From positions 384,001-448,000 of the forward strand of contig CAWHHI010000016.1 in the NCBI GenBank assembly GCA_963829055.1: 64,000 nucleotides of DNA, read 5' to 3'. The translations under genes and the position numbers were made by a program. Below the pieces are notes generated by a model. It saw only the letters and a list, made by a program, of their open reading frames with translations. It was not told where the DNA came from and searched no databases. Origin of the DNA: an uncultured Gemmatimonadaceae bacterium. Its GTDB lineage: Bacteria; Gemmatimonadota; Gemmatimonadetes; Gemmatimonadales; Gemmatimonadaceae. Below, in pieces: positions 1-11,261 of this stretch; the stretch's first letter is position 1, and the number at the start of each line of letters is the position of its first letter.

Positions 1-1142
1 GGCTTGGCCGAATCCCGGCGCACGGAGTCAACGGCTACGACCGGCGGCACCACAATCCGTGGTGGCGGTACGGCCGCCACTGAAGACTCGGCCTTCACCG
101 GCGGCGGCGGTGGCTGCACGGTACGCGACGGTGCGAAGAAGCGCATTCCGACGGCTATCAATGCCAGCGCAGCGGCGCCAACGACCCACGGAGTGGCATT
201 CGACCGCTGCTCCGGTGCGTCGCCGTTCATGGCGACCGCGGGCTGCGAGTCGGTCCGCACGATGACCGTCGGCTCGGATCCGGTGAAGCGCGTCCGATAG
301 GCCGACGTTTCGAGCGTGGCCGGCAGCAGCGTTGCGAGCTCCTGCGCGAAGAGCTCGCCGGTGGCGGGCCGGTCGTCCGGAAGCTTCTGCAAGCAATGCA
401 GAATTGCCGATTCGAACGCAGGCGTCAGGTCGGGGTTGATACCGCGAGGCGCGGGCGGCGGCTCTTCGACGTGCTGCCGGGCAATCTCGTACCAGTCGTC
501 GCCCTCGAAGGGCAGCCGGCCTGTGGACGCCCGGTAGAGGGTCACGCCCAGCGAGTAGATGTCCGCGCGACCGTCGAGCGGCTTTGCCCGCGCCTGCTCC
601 GGCGCGAAGTACTGCGGTGTCCCCACCACCATGTTCGTCCCGGTCTGCCCGGTGTAGCCGCTCACGGCTCGGGCGATCCCGAAGTCCGCCACGACGGCAT
701 TGCCGTGCGCGTCGAACAGGATGTTATCGACCTTGATGTCCCGGTGAATCACGCCTTCGCGGTGCGCGTAGCCGAGCGCTTGAGCGACGTCGATGCCGAC
801 GCGGACGACGAACTCTTCGGGAAGGGAACTTGCGACCTCTAACCGGTCAGCCAGCCCGGACGGGTAGTAGTCCATGGCGAAGTAGACGGCTTCGCCATGA
901 CGCCCAACCGAGTAGATCTTGATGATGTTCGGGTGGCGGAGCTTCGCGGCCGTGGCTGCTTCGCGGCGGAACCGCTCCTCGAACGTCGGGTCGCCCGCGA
1001 ACTGCGGCTTGAGGACCTTGAGCGCGACGTGAATCTCGAGCTCCGGGTCGAACGCTTTGTACACCCACGCAAACCCACCGGAGCCGATCAGCTCTTCGAT
1101 CCGGTACTTTCCGAGAGTTTGTCCAAGGTGGCGTTCAGACAC
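1..1142 (-). CDS. Hanks-type Ser/Thr protein kinase with a downstream TM segment (3' end runs off the window)
   Basis: Manual translation from GTG 1142 (absent from ORF track): MSERHLGQTLGKYRIEELIGSGGFAWVY..VALKVLK..HPNII..HRDIKVDNI..VADFG..GTPQYFAPEQ..DIYSLG. Confidence 0.92.
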   Translation of the reverse strand, partial: MSERHLGQTLGKYRIEELIGSGGFAWVYKAFDPELEIHVALKVLKPQFAGDPTFEERFRREAATAAKLRHPNIIKIYSVGRHGEAVYFAMDYYPSGLADRLEVASSLPEEFVVRVGIDVAQALGYAHREGVIHRDIKVDNILFDAHGNAVVADFGIARAVSGYTGQTGTNMVVGTPQYFAPEQARAKPLDGRADIYSLGVTLYRASTGRLPFEGDDWYEIARQHVEEPPPAPRGINPDLTPAFESAILHCLQKLPDDRPATGELFAQELATLLPATLETSAYRTRFTGSEPTVIVRTDSQPAVAMNGDAPEQRSNATPWVVGAAALALIAVGMRFFAPSRTVQPPPPPVKAESSVAAVPPPRIVVPPVVAVDSVRRDSAK

Positions 1143-1153
1143 TACGCGGAGCC

Positions 1154-1182
1154 TTTACAGAGGTGGGCAGGTCCAGTAAAAT
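1154..1182 (+). promoter_or_regulatory. sigma70-like promoter for rpsO
   Basis: TTTACA-N17-TAAAAT upstream of rpsO. Confidence 0.6.
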
Positions 1183-1240
1183 ACTGTGCTCCAACCAATT
1201 GAGCGCTCAGGCGTAGCTGGACGCGCGGGGAATATATCAC

Positions 1241-1501
1241 ATGGCTTTTGAAAAAGCACCGACGGTCACGAAGTACCGGACGCACGACACCGACACTGGA
1301 TCGACTCGTGTGCAGGTCGCGCTCCTGACGGAGCGGATCAACTATCTGCGGGACCATTTTGATGCGCACGCGAAGGATCATCACAGCCGTAGAGGGCTGC
1401 TCATGATGGTCGGAAAGCGCAAGCGCCTCCTGAGCTATCTGCGACGCACCGACGTCGACGGATATCGGCGCATCATCCAGGAACTTGGACTCCGCAACTA
1501 A
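1241..1501 (+). CDS. rpsO: 30S ribosomal protein S15
   Basis: [36 protein letters not shown]. Confidence 0.98.
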   Translation: MAFEKAPTVTKYRTHDTDTGSTRVQVALLTERINYLRDHFDAHAKDHHSRRGLLMMVGKRKRLLSYLRRTDVDGYRRIIQELGLRN

Positions 1502-1520
1502 CTGCTGAGTCGTTTCCGTC

Positions 1521-1556
1521 CGCGCGGGCGCGCACTTTTGCGACCCGCGCGTTTTG
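1521..1556 (+). terminator. GC hairpin plus T tract between rpsO and pnp
   Basis: CGCGCGGG..CCCGCGCG followed by TTTT. Confidence 0.55.
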
Positions 1557-1577
1557 CGTTTACTGAGGCGTGACATA

Positions 1578-3918
1578 ATGATGCATTACGTTGAACGGAC
1601 CTTCGCCGGTCGTCGTCTCCGCATCGAGACGGGCCGTATGGCGAAGCAGGCCGCTGGCTCGGCCGTCGTCCAGTTCGGAGACACCATGGTCCTCGCCGCA
1701 GTGACGGTGAGTGATCAACAGAGCCCGCTGCCGTTCTTCCCGCTCACGGTCGAGTATAAGGAAAAGACCTACGCGGCTGGCAAGATTCCCGGCGGCTTCA
1801 TCAAGCGCGAGGGTAGACCGCACGACGCTGAAATCCTTTCGGCACGGATCATCGACCGATCGATCCGCCCGCTGTTCCCGGAAGGATTCAAGAACGAAGT
1901 GCAGGTCTTCATCTACGTCATCTCCGCCGACCAGGAGAATGACGCGGACGTCCTCGCGCTCATCGCGACGTCGTACGCGCTGAACGCCTCGAGAATCCCA
2001 TTCTCGGGTCTGATCGGCGGCGTTCGCGTCGGCCGTATCCAGGATAAGTGGGTACTCAACCCGACGTTCCAGCAGCTCGGCTACAGCGATCTGGAGCTGG
2101 TCGTCTCGGCGTCCAATGACTCGATCGTGATGGTCGAGGGTGGCGCGCTCGAGGTGAGTGAGACCGATGTGCTCGACGCGCTCGGCGTTGCCCACAAGGG
2201 CATTCGCGAGCTCATCACGGCGCAGGAAGAGCTTCTGGCCAAGGCCGGTCGCGAGCCGAAGATGGAGTGGACCAAGGCCGTACCGCCCGAGGGCGTCGTC
2301 GCGCGCGTGAAGGCGCTCGCAGAAGGACGCATCAGCGAGGCGCTCAACCAGAAGGACAAGCACACGCGCATCGAAGCCGTGGAGCGCGCGAAGAAGGAGC
2401 TCGCCGAGCAGCTGCTCGTCGGATTTCCCGGACAACTCGAAGGACATTCACACGCTGCTCGGCGACGTCGAGTACAACAGCCTGCGTTCGCAGGTGCTCG
2501 ACACCAAGCACCGCGTCGATGGCCGTGGTCCGCGCGACGTCCGCGCGATCTCGATCGATACGGGATTGCTGCCGCGTGCGCACGGGTCGGCGTTGTTCAC
2601 CCGCGGTCAGACGCAGGCGCTCGTCGTTGCCACGTTAGGCACGGCCGACGACGTGCAGCGTCTCGACACGATCGACGACCCCGCGGAAACGACGAAGTCG
2701 TTCATGCTGCATTACAACTTCCCGCCGTTCTCCACGGGCGAAGTCCGACCCATGCGCGGCACCAGCCGCCGCGAGATCGGCCACGGGAATCTGGCCGAGC
2801 GCGCACTACAGGGCGTTCTGCCGCCGTTCGAGGAGTTCCCGTACACGATTCGCATCGTGTCCGACGTTCTCGAGTCCAACGGCTCCTCGTCGATGGCGTC
2901 CGTTTGCGGTGGCTCGCTCGCGCTGTTCGATGCCGGCGTTCCGACGCGTGCCGCCGTCGCTGGTGTGGCGATGGGCCTGATCAAGGAAGGCGAGCGCTAC
3001 GCGATCCTCACCGACATTCTCGGCACCGAGGATCACCTCGGCGACATGGATTTCAAGGTCGCCGGCACGACGAACGGCATCACGTCGATCCAGATGGACA
3101 TCAAGATCGAGGGACTCGAGCTCTCGATCATGAGCGAGGCCCTCGATCAGGCGAAGGAAGGCCGTCTCCATATCCTTGGTGAGATGGAGAAGGCGCTGGC
3201 TGCCCCGCGGGCCGACCTGTCGCCGTACGCTCCGCGCATCGTCACGGTGCAGATCAACCCCGAGAAGATCGGCGATCTCATCGGCCCGAAGGGCAAGACG
3301 ATCCGTGGCATCCAGGACGAGACTGGCGCAGAGATCAGCGTCGACGACTCGGGTACCGTCACCATCGCGGCCGTTGGCGGCGAGGCGATGGAGCGCGCGC
3401 GCCAGATGGTGCAGGCGATCACGCAGGAGCCGATCGTCGGAGACGTGTACGAGGGACTCGTGAAGAGCACGACGGCGTTCGGCGCGTTCGTGGAAATTCT
3501 GCCGGGCACCGAAGCGCTGCTTCACATCTCGGAGATGCGCCACGGCCGTACGGAGCGCACCGAGGATGTGGTCAAGAAGGGCGATCGCGTGAAGGTGAAG
3601 CTCATCGATCGCGATGAGCGTGGCCGCCTGCGCCTGTCGATGAAGGCGCTGCAGCCGAAGCCGGAAGGCGATACGGGCGAGGGTGCCGGCAACGGCTCCG
3701 AACCGCGTCGTGATCGAGGCGATCGTGGCGATCGCCCGCCGCGTGAGACTGCTGGCGCTGCCGGCGGCGAAGGTAGCGAGCCGTCGTACGCCGCTGCGAC
3801 CGCACCGGAGGAAGGCGAGGCGTCTGGCGAGTCCGCCGAGCGTGGCGAGAGGCCTCGTCGTCCGCGCCGTGGTGGCGGTGGCCGCGGTGGATCAGGCGGG
3901 GGACGCTCGCGCGAGTGA
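1578..3918 (+). CDS. pnp: polyribonucleotide nucleotidyltransferase (one frameshift near 2430)
   Basis: KIPGGFIKREGRP, FTRGQTQ, RREIGHG, ESNGSSSMAS, GDMDFKVAG, KH and S1 domains; split across ORFs 1554..3182 and 2494..3918. Confidence 0.97.
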
Positions 3919-5190
3919 TTACCCGCGTCGATACGCGCCTCGCCCCGGCGCTGCGGCGCTCTACGTTACCGAATGGACTGACCGTGCTCTCGGAGACCAT
4001 GCCGGGAGTGCGGTCGGTGTCGTTTGGGGCGTGGGTGCGCTCGGCCTCCATCCACGAAGAGCGTGAACGGATGGGCGTCTCGCACATGCTCGAGCACATG
4101 GTGTTCAAGGGGACGCGTGATCGCTCGGCGCGCGACATCGCGCTGGCGCTCGAGGTGCTCGGAGGATCGCTCGACGCCTACACGGCGCGTGAGCACACCT
4201 CGTTTCAGGCCCGTGTGCTCGATGAGCATCTGCCTCAGGCGGCGGACGTGATCGCCGATCTGATGTTCCGGCCCGTACTCCGCGCCAAGGATCTCACGCT
4301 CGAGCGAAAGGTTGTGCTCGAAGAGATCAGCATGGTCGACGACACACCGGATGACCTCGTGTTCGAGCTGCATAACGAGGCAATGTGGGGGAAGCACCCG
4401 TACGGATACTCGATCCTCGGCACGCGAGAGACGGTGTCCGCGCTGAGTGTCCGCGACCTGCGCGACCTGCACGAACGCGCGTACCACCCCGAGCACGTCG
4501 TCGTCGCTGTCTCGGGGAACGTGGACCATGACTCGCTGCTCGAGACGCTGGAGCGGACGGGGTGGTCGGATATCCCGCGCGGCAACACGCCGCTCGTCGA
4601 GACCGAGCGCCCTAACGCGGTGCCGGCACAGACGCTGCACGTCGATCGCGACTCGACGCAAACGCATCTCGTGTTCGGCGCACCCGCCATCCCGCACGGT
4701 GATCCGCGTCGATACGCGATGACGCTCATCAGCATGTTGCTCGGTGGCGGCATGAGCTCGCGGCTTTTTCAGCGCGTGCGTGAGGAGCTCGGGCTCGCCT
4801 ACTCCGTGTTCACGTACCAATCGTTCCATGCCGACGCCGGCGTGCACGGTGTGTACGTCGGTACCGCGCCGGAAAACGCGGAGGCGGCGGCCGACGCGAT
4901 CCGCACGGAATTGCGCCTGGTGGCGGAGCAGGGCATACCAGAATGCAGAACTGGCCGCGGGCAAAAGCCAGCTGAAAGGCCAGATCACGCTCTCGCTCGA
5001 GAGTGTGTCGTCGCGGATGTATCGCGCCGCGGCGGTGGAGCTGTACAACGAACCGTACAAGCCACTCGACCAGCTGTTGGCGGAGATCGATCGCATCGAC
5101 GGCGACACTGTGGCCGCAATCTGTCGTGAATTCTTTGCACCGGAACTTCACACGGTGCTCAGCCTTGGCCCCGCCGCTTCGGCGGCTTGA
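3915..5190 (+). CDS. M16 family zinc peptidase (frameshift near 4940)
   Basis: HMLEH (HxxEH), GGGMSSRLFQRVREELGLAYS; C-terminus lies in ORF 4780..5190. Confidence 0.93.
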
Positions 5191-5225
5191 CCTGAGACCC
5201 ACCACTTCACCACGACGGCACGACT

Positions 5226-6341
5226 ATGCGCATTGGCGTACCCAAAGAGATCAAGACGAACGAGAATCGTATCGCCCTCGTTCCGGCAGGAGCCGAGTCG
5301 CTGGTCGCGGCAGGCCACACGGTGATGATCGAGCAAGGCGGTGGAGAGGGTAGCGGATTCGCGGACTCCTTGTACACCGACGTTGGTGCGACCATTGCGC
5401 CCGATGCCGCGACGGTCTGGCGCGAAGCCGACATGATCATGAAGGTGAAGGAGCCGATCGAGCCGGAGTGGAAGCACATGCGCCGCGGGCAGGTGATCTT
5501 CACCTACTTCCATTTCGCGGCCGACGAGCGCCTAACGCGCGCACACATGGACTCGGGCGCGATCTGCATCGCGTACGAGACCGTCGAGCTACCGTCGCGC
5601 GAACTGCCGCTGCTCACGCCAATGTCGGAAGTCGCGGGGCGCATGGCCGTGCAGGAGGGCGCGAAGTACCTCGAGAAGCTGTACGGTGGTCGCGGCGTGC
5701 TGCTCGGCGGGGTTCCCGGGGTCGCGCCGGCAAAGGTCGTGATCCTTGGCGGCGGCGTGGTCGGTATCAACGCGGCAAAGATGGCGGCCGGGATGGGCGC
5801 GAAGGTGGTGGTGCTCGACATCTCGCTCGAGCGGCTGCGCTATCTGTCGGACGTCATGCCGGCGAACGTGCAGCTGATCCACTCGAATCGCCACAACATC
5901 CTCGAGCAGATCGAGACCGCGGATCTCGTGGTCGGCGGCGTGCTCATTCCCGGAGCGAAGGCGCCGAAGCTCATCCGGCGTGAAGACCTCAAGCGCATGC
6001 GTCCGGGCTCGGTCATCGTCGACGTGGCCATCGACCAGGGTGGCTGTATCGAGACCATCCACGCGACGACGCACGAGAACCCGACGTATGTGGTCGACGG
6101 CATCATCCATTATGGCGTCGCGAACATGCCGGGCGGCGTCCCGCGTACGTCGACGCTCGCGCTCACGAATGCGACGTTCCCGTATGCCGCGAAGTTGGCG
6201 AACAAGGGGTGGAAGCAGGCGCTCCGCGACAGCCCGGCGTTGCTCAAGGGGCTGAACGTGGTTGATGGCAAAGTCACCTATGCTGGTGTGGCCGAAGCGT
6301 TCGGTATGGAGTACTGCGAACCGGCTGCGTTCATCGCGTGA
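5226..6341 (+). CDS. ald: alanine dehydrogenase
   Basis: [38 protein letters not shown]. Confidence 0.97.
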   Translation: MRIGVPKEIKTNENRIALVPAGAESLVAAGHTVMIEQGGGEGSGFADSLYTDVGATIAPDAATVWREADMIMKVKEPIEPEWKHMRRGQVIFTYFHFAADERLTRAHMDSGAICIAYETVELPSRELPLLTPMSEVAGRMAVQEGAKYLEKLYGGRGVLLGGVPGVAPAKVVILGGGVVGINAAKMAAGMGAKVVVLDISLERLRYLSDVMPANVQLIHSNRHNILEQIETADLVVGGVLIPGAKAPKLIRREDLKRMRPGSVIVDVAIDQGGCIETIHATTHENPTYVVDGIIHYGVANMPGGVPRTSTLALTNATFPYAAKLANKGWKQALRDSPALLKGLNVVDGKVTYAGVAEAFGMEYCEPAAFIA

Positions 6342-6778
6342 GCCGCGTTCGCGTTCTCCGGCTGCCTAACAATCTGGATCTGCCGCTTCCGTCGCGGCAG
6401 ACGACCGGCTCCGCGGGTTTCGACCTGGCATCCGCGGAGCCGGACTTCGTTCTCGCGCCCGGAGAACGTCGGCTGGTCGCGACCGGGCTTTCGATCGAGC
6501 TTCCGCCGGGGGTGGAAGGGCAGGTACGCCCACGGTCGGGACTCGCGCTTCGGCACGGCCTGACGATGCCTAACGCGCCTGGTACCATCGACTCGGACTA
6601 CCGAGGCGAGTTGAAGGTGATTCTCCAGAATGGCGGACCCCAGCCAGTCACGATCGCGCGGGGGGACCGCATCGCGCAGGTGGTGTTCGCGCGGTATGAG
6701 ACGCCGGAGCTGGTGGATGCGACTGAGCTCGCGGACAGTCCGCGGGGCACTGGAGGGTTCGGAAGCACCGGCCTGTAG
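6338..6778 (+). CDS. dut: dUTP diphosphatase
   Basis: [33 protein letters not shown]. Confidence 0.97.
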   Translation: MSRVRVLRLPNNLDLPLPSRQTTGSAGFDLASAEPDFVLAPGERRLVATGLSIELPPGVEGQVRPRSGLALRHGLTMPNAPGTIDSDYRGELKVILQNGGPQPVTIARGDRIAQVVFARYETPELVDATELADSPRGTGGFGSTGL

Positions 6779-6781
6779 CCG

Positions 6782-7579
6782 GTGACATCGCGGCGCGGTG
6801 CGATGTTTGCGCTCCAGCCTCGCGTGATCCCACCCGTTCTCTGTTACCACAAGATCGAACGCCGGCGCGAGCTCGGCGTGACGCGCCTGTCTCCACGCCG
6901 TTTCTCGGCACAGATCGGGGCGTTGGCCGCGGCCGGGTGGCGCGGGATGTCGCTCGCGGATTTCGCGGCGACGGTGAGGGGTGAGCGGCGCGGAAGCGGT
7001 CGTGAACTCCTCGTCACCTTCGACGATGCCTACCGCGGTCTTCGCGACTTCGCGTTCCCGGTACTGCGCGACGCGGGGTTCTCGGCCGCGTGTTTCGTGA
7101 TCACGGATTTCGCGGGGCGACTGAACCGCTGGGACGTCGCGTATGGCGGCCGCCGTTTCGCGCACCTGGCGTGGCGCGACATCGAGAGGTGGAGCGCGCA
7201 CGGTGTCTCGTTCGAGTCCCACACGGTGAGTCATCCACGATTGTCGTGGGTGGATGATCGCCGGCTCGCCGAGGAGCTTTCCCGGTCACGGTCGGCGCTG
7301 GCAGCAGCGTTAGGTGCTCCGCCTCACGCGGTCGCGTATCCGTTTGGGGCGGTCGACGAGCGTGTCCGCGCAGCCTCGGTAGCGGCCGGCTACTCGCTTG
7401 GATTCGGCGTCGGTGGTCGGTGGCGCGGTGACCTGCTCGCGATTCCACGCGCTCCAGTGCACAGCTGGTCGCCGCTACTCCCGGCCGTCGGTCCGCTCGG
7501 TCCGTTGGAGCGCGGAGCGTCAGCGCTCGCAGGCCGCTGTTCCGTCGGCACGACGCTCTGGCACCACCTAACGGGATGA
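6782..7579 (+). CDS. polysaccharide deacetylase (NodB/CE4 family)
   Basis: LCYH, TFDD, HTVSHP, AYPFG motifs. Confidence 0.88.
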   Translation: MTSRRGAMFALQPRVIPPVLCYHKIERRRELGVTRLSPRRFSAQIGALAAAGWRGMSLADFAATVRGERRGSGRELLVTFDDAYRGLRDFAFPVLRDAGFSAACFVITDFAGRLNRWDVAYGGRRFAHLAWRDIERWSAHGVSFESHTVSHPRLSWVDDRRLAEELSRSRSALAAALGAPPHAVAYPFGAVDERVRAASVAAGYSLGFGVGGRWRGDLLAIPRAPVHSWSPLLPAVGPLGPLERGASALAGRCSVGTTLWHHLTG

Positions 7580-7585
7580 TGGTGT

Positions 7586-8776
7586 CTACACGAAGTACTT
7601 CATGACGACCGGGAGCAGCGACGGGTGCCTGACGAGTGCCTCGCCAAAGATCCGGCGCAGCGTTCGTCGTCGTTCAGGAATCCTGTTCACCGTCTGCGCG
7701 AGCGAGTCGTAGAACGCGTCGTCGAAGCGGGCAAGCGCTTCCTTCACCTGATAGAAGCGCACGTGGTCGTCGCCAAGGAGGCGCATCCACCGCGTCTGGT
7801 ACGATGCCAACGCGTCGGCGCCCGTGTTGCCCGCGGCGAGGGCGGAAAGTGCTGTCTCCGCGGCCAGGCGACCCGACTTCATCGCGTTCACGATACCGCC
7901 GCCGGATAGCGGATTGATCATGTGCGCCGCGTCTCCACACAGCATGAGGCCGTCGGCCGTTAGGCGCGGGATCGTCGCGGAGACGATGACGCCACCAATC
8001 GTTCGGCCCGATACTGCCGCGTTAGGAAAGTTCGCCGCCATGTAGTCGTCGAGCCACGCGAGCGCCGATCGGCCTCCGGCGCGCAGACCAAGAATGCCGA
8101 GGCCGACGTTGGCGGATCGAGTGCCCTTCGGGAATACCCATGCGTAACCACCCGGCGCGACGCGGTCACCGAAATGCAGCACGATCGCATCCGCGTCGAT
8201 CGGCTGATCATCGACGACATACTGCGCGCAGCTTTCCATGTCGCGGGCGCGGACGCGCGTGTCGATGCCCGCCCATCTGCCGACAGCCCCCTCGACACCG
8301 TCCGCGCCGACGACGATGCGCGCGCGAATCTCGCCTGTCTCGCCACCCGCAGAGACGCGCACACGCCATCGAGCGCCGTCGCGCTCCATGCTCGTGGCTT
8401 CGACAGACGAGCGGATGTCCGCGCCGGCTGCGCGAGCCTCCACCGCGATCGCTGGTTCGAACCGCGTGCGATCGAGGATGAAGCCAACGTCGCCCTCGGC
8501 GACTCGCACCTCGGTGCCATTCGGCGCGCGAAAGAGAACCCGTGTAATGCGACGCGAGATCCACGGCGCGAGAACACCGCCGGGCGCCGGATCGAGAAAC
8601 TCAGCGACACCGGCGGAGCCGACGCCTTCGCCGCACCGGACCGGCGCACCGATCGCGGCGTCGCGCTCGAGTACGATTACGGAGTGGCTGCGCCCGCGAG
8701 CTGCCGCTTCTCGCGCCGCGATCAGACCCGCAGGTCCGCCGCCAATGATGAGAACATTGCAATCTTCGATGCGCAC
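7586..8776 (-). CDS. geranylgeranyl reductase family FAD oxidoreductase
   Basis: GGGPAG, RCGEG, GADG, PGGYAWVFPK, GDAAHMINPLSGGGI. Confidence 0.9.
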   Translation of the reverse strand: MRIEDCNVLIIGGGPAGLIAAREAAARGRSHSVIVLERDAAIGAPVRCGEGVGSAGVAEFLDPAPGGVLAPWISRRITRVLFRAPNGTEVRVAEGDVGFILDRTRFEPAIAVEARAAGADIRSSVEATSMERDGARWRVRVSAGGETGEIRARIVVGADGVEGAVGRWAGIDTRVRARDMESCAQYVVDDQPIDADAIVLHFGDRVAPGGYAWVFPKGTRSANVGLGILGLRAGGRSALAWLDDYMAANFPNAAVSGRTIGGVIVSATIPRLTADGLMLCGDAAHMINPLSGGGIVNAMKSGRLAAETALSALAAGNTGADALASYQTRWMRLLGDDHVRFYQVKEALARFDDAFYDSLAQTVNRIPERRRTLRRIFGEALVRHPSLLPVVMKYFV

Positions 8777-8792
8777 GAAGCGAGTGGGGCGG

Positions 8793-9011
8793 TTACTCGG
8801 CGATGAGCGAGGCGCGATCGATCATCGCGAGCGCGAACACAGGGCACGGCGCGATGCACTTTTGACACCCTGTGCAGACTGGCGCGTCTATAAGCAGTCC
8901 GCCCTGGCGCAGGTGTATGGCGCTTGGGGGACACAGCGGCACGCAAAGGCCACATGCATCGCAGCGGTTCGCGTCGACGACAGCAACTTGGAGGGAAGCG
9001 ACTCGCGCCAT
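8793..9011 (-). CDS. 2x[4Fe-4S] ferredoxin
   Basis: Two CxxCxxCxxxCP motifs (CDACGLCVPLCP, CTGCQKCIAPCP). Confidence 0.9.
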   Translation of the reverse strand: MARVASLQVAVVDANRCDACGLCVPLCPPSAIHLRQGGLLIDAPVCTGCQKCIAPCPVFALAMIDRASLIAE

Positions 9012-9019
9012 CGCGAGCG

Positions 9020-9086
9020 ACGTTACGGAGTTGCCTAGGTTGTGTCAAGCCAATGCCTTGCTCGCCCATACCCGCTCCGCTACCTT
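9020..9086. promoter_or_regulatory. divergent sigma70-like promoters (ferredoxin-GGR and mreB)
   Basis: Minus: TTGACA(9048-9043)-N17-TAACGT(9025-9020); plus: TTGCTC(9058)-N17-TACCTT(9081). Confidence 0.6.
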
Positions 9087-9148
9087 ACGCCCCGATGTGC
9101 TGTTTTTACGACCCTCCGTGCCTCATGGCACGCCTGAGCCCCTGCTAG

Positions 9149-10189
9149 ATGCGCTGGCCCTTTTTGAAAGCGGGAAGATCGTTTTTCCCGGCGAACGCCA
9201 TTGCGGTTGATCTCGGCACCGCCAACACACTGATCTACGTCAAGGGCGAAGGTATCGTTCTCAACGAACCCTCGGTCGTCGCGATCGATCGCGAGTCGAA
9301 GAAGATCAAGGGTGTCGGTCTCGAGGCCAAACGCATGCTCGGTCGCACGCCCGATGGCGTGCTCGCCGTACGACCGATGAAGGACGGCGTGATCGCCGAC
9401 TTCGACGTCACCGAGAAGATGCTCCGGTACTTCCTAACGCTGATCATCGAGAACCACGTGTTCAAGGTGAAACCGCGTGTGATTGTCTGTGTACCATCGG
9501 GCATCACGGAAGTGGAGAAGCGCGCAGTGCGCGATTCCGCGCTCGGAGCAGGCGCCAAGGAAGTGTTCATGGTCGCGGAGCCGATGGCCGCCGCGATCGG
9601 CGTCGGATTGCCGGTCGAGACGCCGACGGGCAACATGGTCATCGACATCGGCGGCGGCACGACGGAGATCGCGGTCATCGCGCTGTCCGGTATCGTGAGC
9701 GATACGTCGATTCGTACCGGCGGCGACGAGCTCGATACCGCGATCGTGCAGTTCATGCGCAAGAACTACAACTTGCTCATCGGCGAGCCGACGGCGGAGC
9801 AGATCAAGATCAACATCGGATCCGCCGCGCCGGTTGGCGACGAGCGCGAGATGGACGTGAAGGGGCGCGACCTCGTCTCCGGAATTCCGAAGACGGTGCG
9901 CGTGCATTCGAGCGAGATTCGTGAGGCGGTCCAGGAACCCATCCAGCAAATCGTCGACGCTGTTCGACGCGCACTCGAGATCACTCCACCGGAGCTCGCG
10001 AGCGACATTGTCGATCGTGGTATCGTCATGACCGGCGGCGGAGCGCTCATCCGCGGACTCGATCTGATGCTGGCGCAGGAAACCGGGCTGCCCATTCACG
10101 TCGACGAGGATCCGCTGACGTGTGTCGTGCGCGGCACCGGTCGCATTCTCGACGACGAAGAGAAATACTGGTCCGTCCTCAGTAGCTGA
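9149..10189 (+). CDS. mreB: rod shape-determining protein MreB
   Basis: [27 protein letters not shown]. Confidence 0.98.
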   Translation: MRWPFLKAGRSFFPANAIAVDLGTANTLIYVKGEGIVLNEPSVVAIDRESKKIKGVGLEAKRMLGRTPDGVLAVRPMKDGVIADFDVTEKMLRYFLTLIIENHVFKVKPRVIVCVPSGITEVEKRAVRDSALGAGAKEVFMVAEPMAAAIGVGLPVETPTGNMVIDIGGGTTEIAVIALSGIVSDTSIRTGGDELDTAIVQFMRKNYNLLIGEPTAEQIKINIGSAAPVGDEREMDVKGRDLVSGIPKTVRVHSSEIREAVQEPIQQIVDAVRRALEITPPELASDIVDRGIVMTGGGALIRGLDLMLAQETGLPIHVDEDPLTCVVRGTGRILDDEEKYWSVLSS

Positions 10190-10199
10190 GGCACATCCA

Positions 10200-11261
10200 G
10201 TGGCTCGCGCCGTGCGGTCCGGCACACGCGTGGACACCGCGCTCCTGGTGGCCTGTTGTGCAATGGCTCTGCTCGCGACGGTGCTGCCCCTGAACCTGCG
10301 TGAAGCGATCGCTGGAGGGCTACGCCGAACCGTCGTGGCCCCGCTGGTCTCCCTGCAGCAGCAAGCAGAGCGCGGCCGATCGGCGTTCCTCTCGCGGGAA
10401 GCAACCACGAGTCGCCTCGACTCGATCTCGCTTCGCAACATGCAGCTGGCGAAGCTCGAGAGCGAGAACGAGCGGCTCCGCGCGCTGCTCGGCCTCGGGC
10501 GACAGCTGGAGTGGGGCTTCGTCTCCGCCGAAGCGTTGCGTGTCACTGACATCGGCGAGGAGAACACGCGGACGCTGACTGTCGGCTCACGCGCCGGCGT
10601 CGAGCCGAAGACGCCCGTCGTCGCGCCTGAAGGACTCGTGGGCATGGTGCTGACCGTCGACCCGGCGTCGAGCATCGCGATTCTGTGGACGCACACCGAT
10701 TTCGCCGCGAGCGCGATGTCGGCCGACCGCAGTGCCTACGGCATCGTGTATCCCCATCTCTCGGAGTCGGGCCGTGGCGAGGGAACTCCGCCCGAACGGT
10801 ACCTCCTCGAGCTCCGCGGCGTGGCGTTTCGCTCTGCGCTCAAGCCGGGGACGCCGATCGTCACGTCGGGACTCGGGGGCGTGTATCCAGCCGGCATCCC
10901 GATCGGTTCTGTGCTCGGCGAACTACGCACGTCGGAAGGGTGGGCGCGAACGTACCTCGTTCGTCCGGCGGTTCGGCCGCCTGATGTGTCGAACGTGATC
11001 GTGCTGCTACCGGGAAAGACAAAGGACCAATCGCTCGATCGCGTCTGGCGATCGACTGTGAGCGCTGACTCCGCCGCTCGAAGAATCGCAGCCGCCGGGG
11101 ACTCCATTGCGCGTCGCGTCGCTGCTGATTCGGTGCGTGGCGCGGAGGCGGCCGCGGCGCGCCGCGCGGCGGACTCTGTCGCGAAGGGCGTCGCGCGGCC
11201 GGATACCGCGGTGCGCGCACCCGCGCGACCGGCCACGCCGCGACCCGGAGGACGACCGTGA
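10200..11261 (+). CDS. mreC: rod shape-determining protein MreC
   Basis: N-terminal TM, ENERLRALL coil, GLVG, TSGLGGVYPAGIPIG; operon position. Confidence 0.93.
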   Translation: MARAVRSGTRVDTALLVACCAMALLATVLPLNLREAIAGGLRRTVVAPLVSLQQQAERGRSAFLSREATTSRLDSISLRNMQLAKLESENERLRALLGLGRQLEWGFVSAEALRVTDIGEENTRTLTVGSRAGVEPKTPVVAPEGLVGMVLTVDPASSIAILWTHTDFAASAMSADRSAYGIVYPHLSESGRGEGTPPERYLLELRGVAFRSALKPGTPIVTSGLGGVYPAGIPIGSVLGELRTSEGWARTYLVRPAVRPPDVSNVIVLLPGKTKDQSLDRVWRSTVSADSAARRIAAAGDSIARRVAADSVRGAEAAAARRAADSVAKGVARPDTAVRAPARPATPRPGGRP

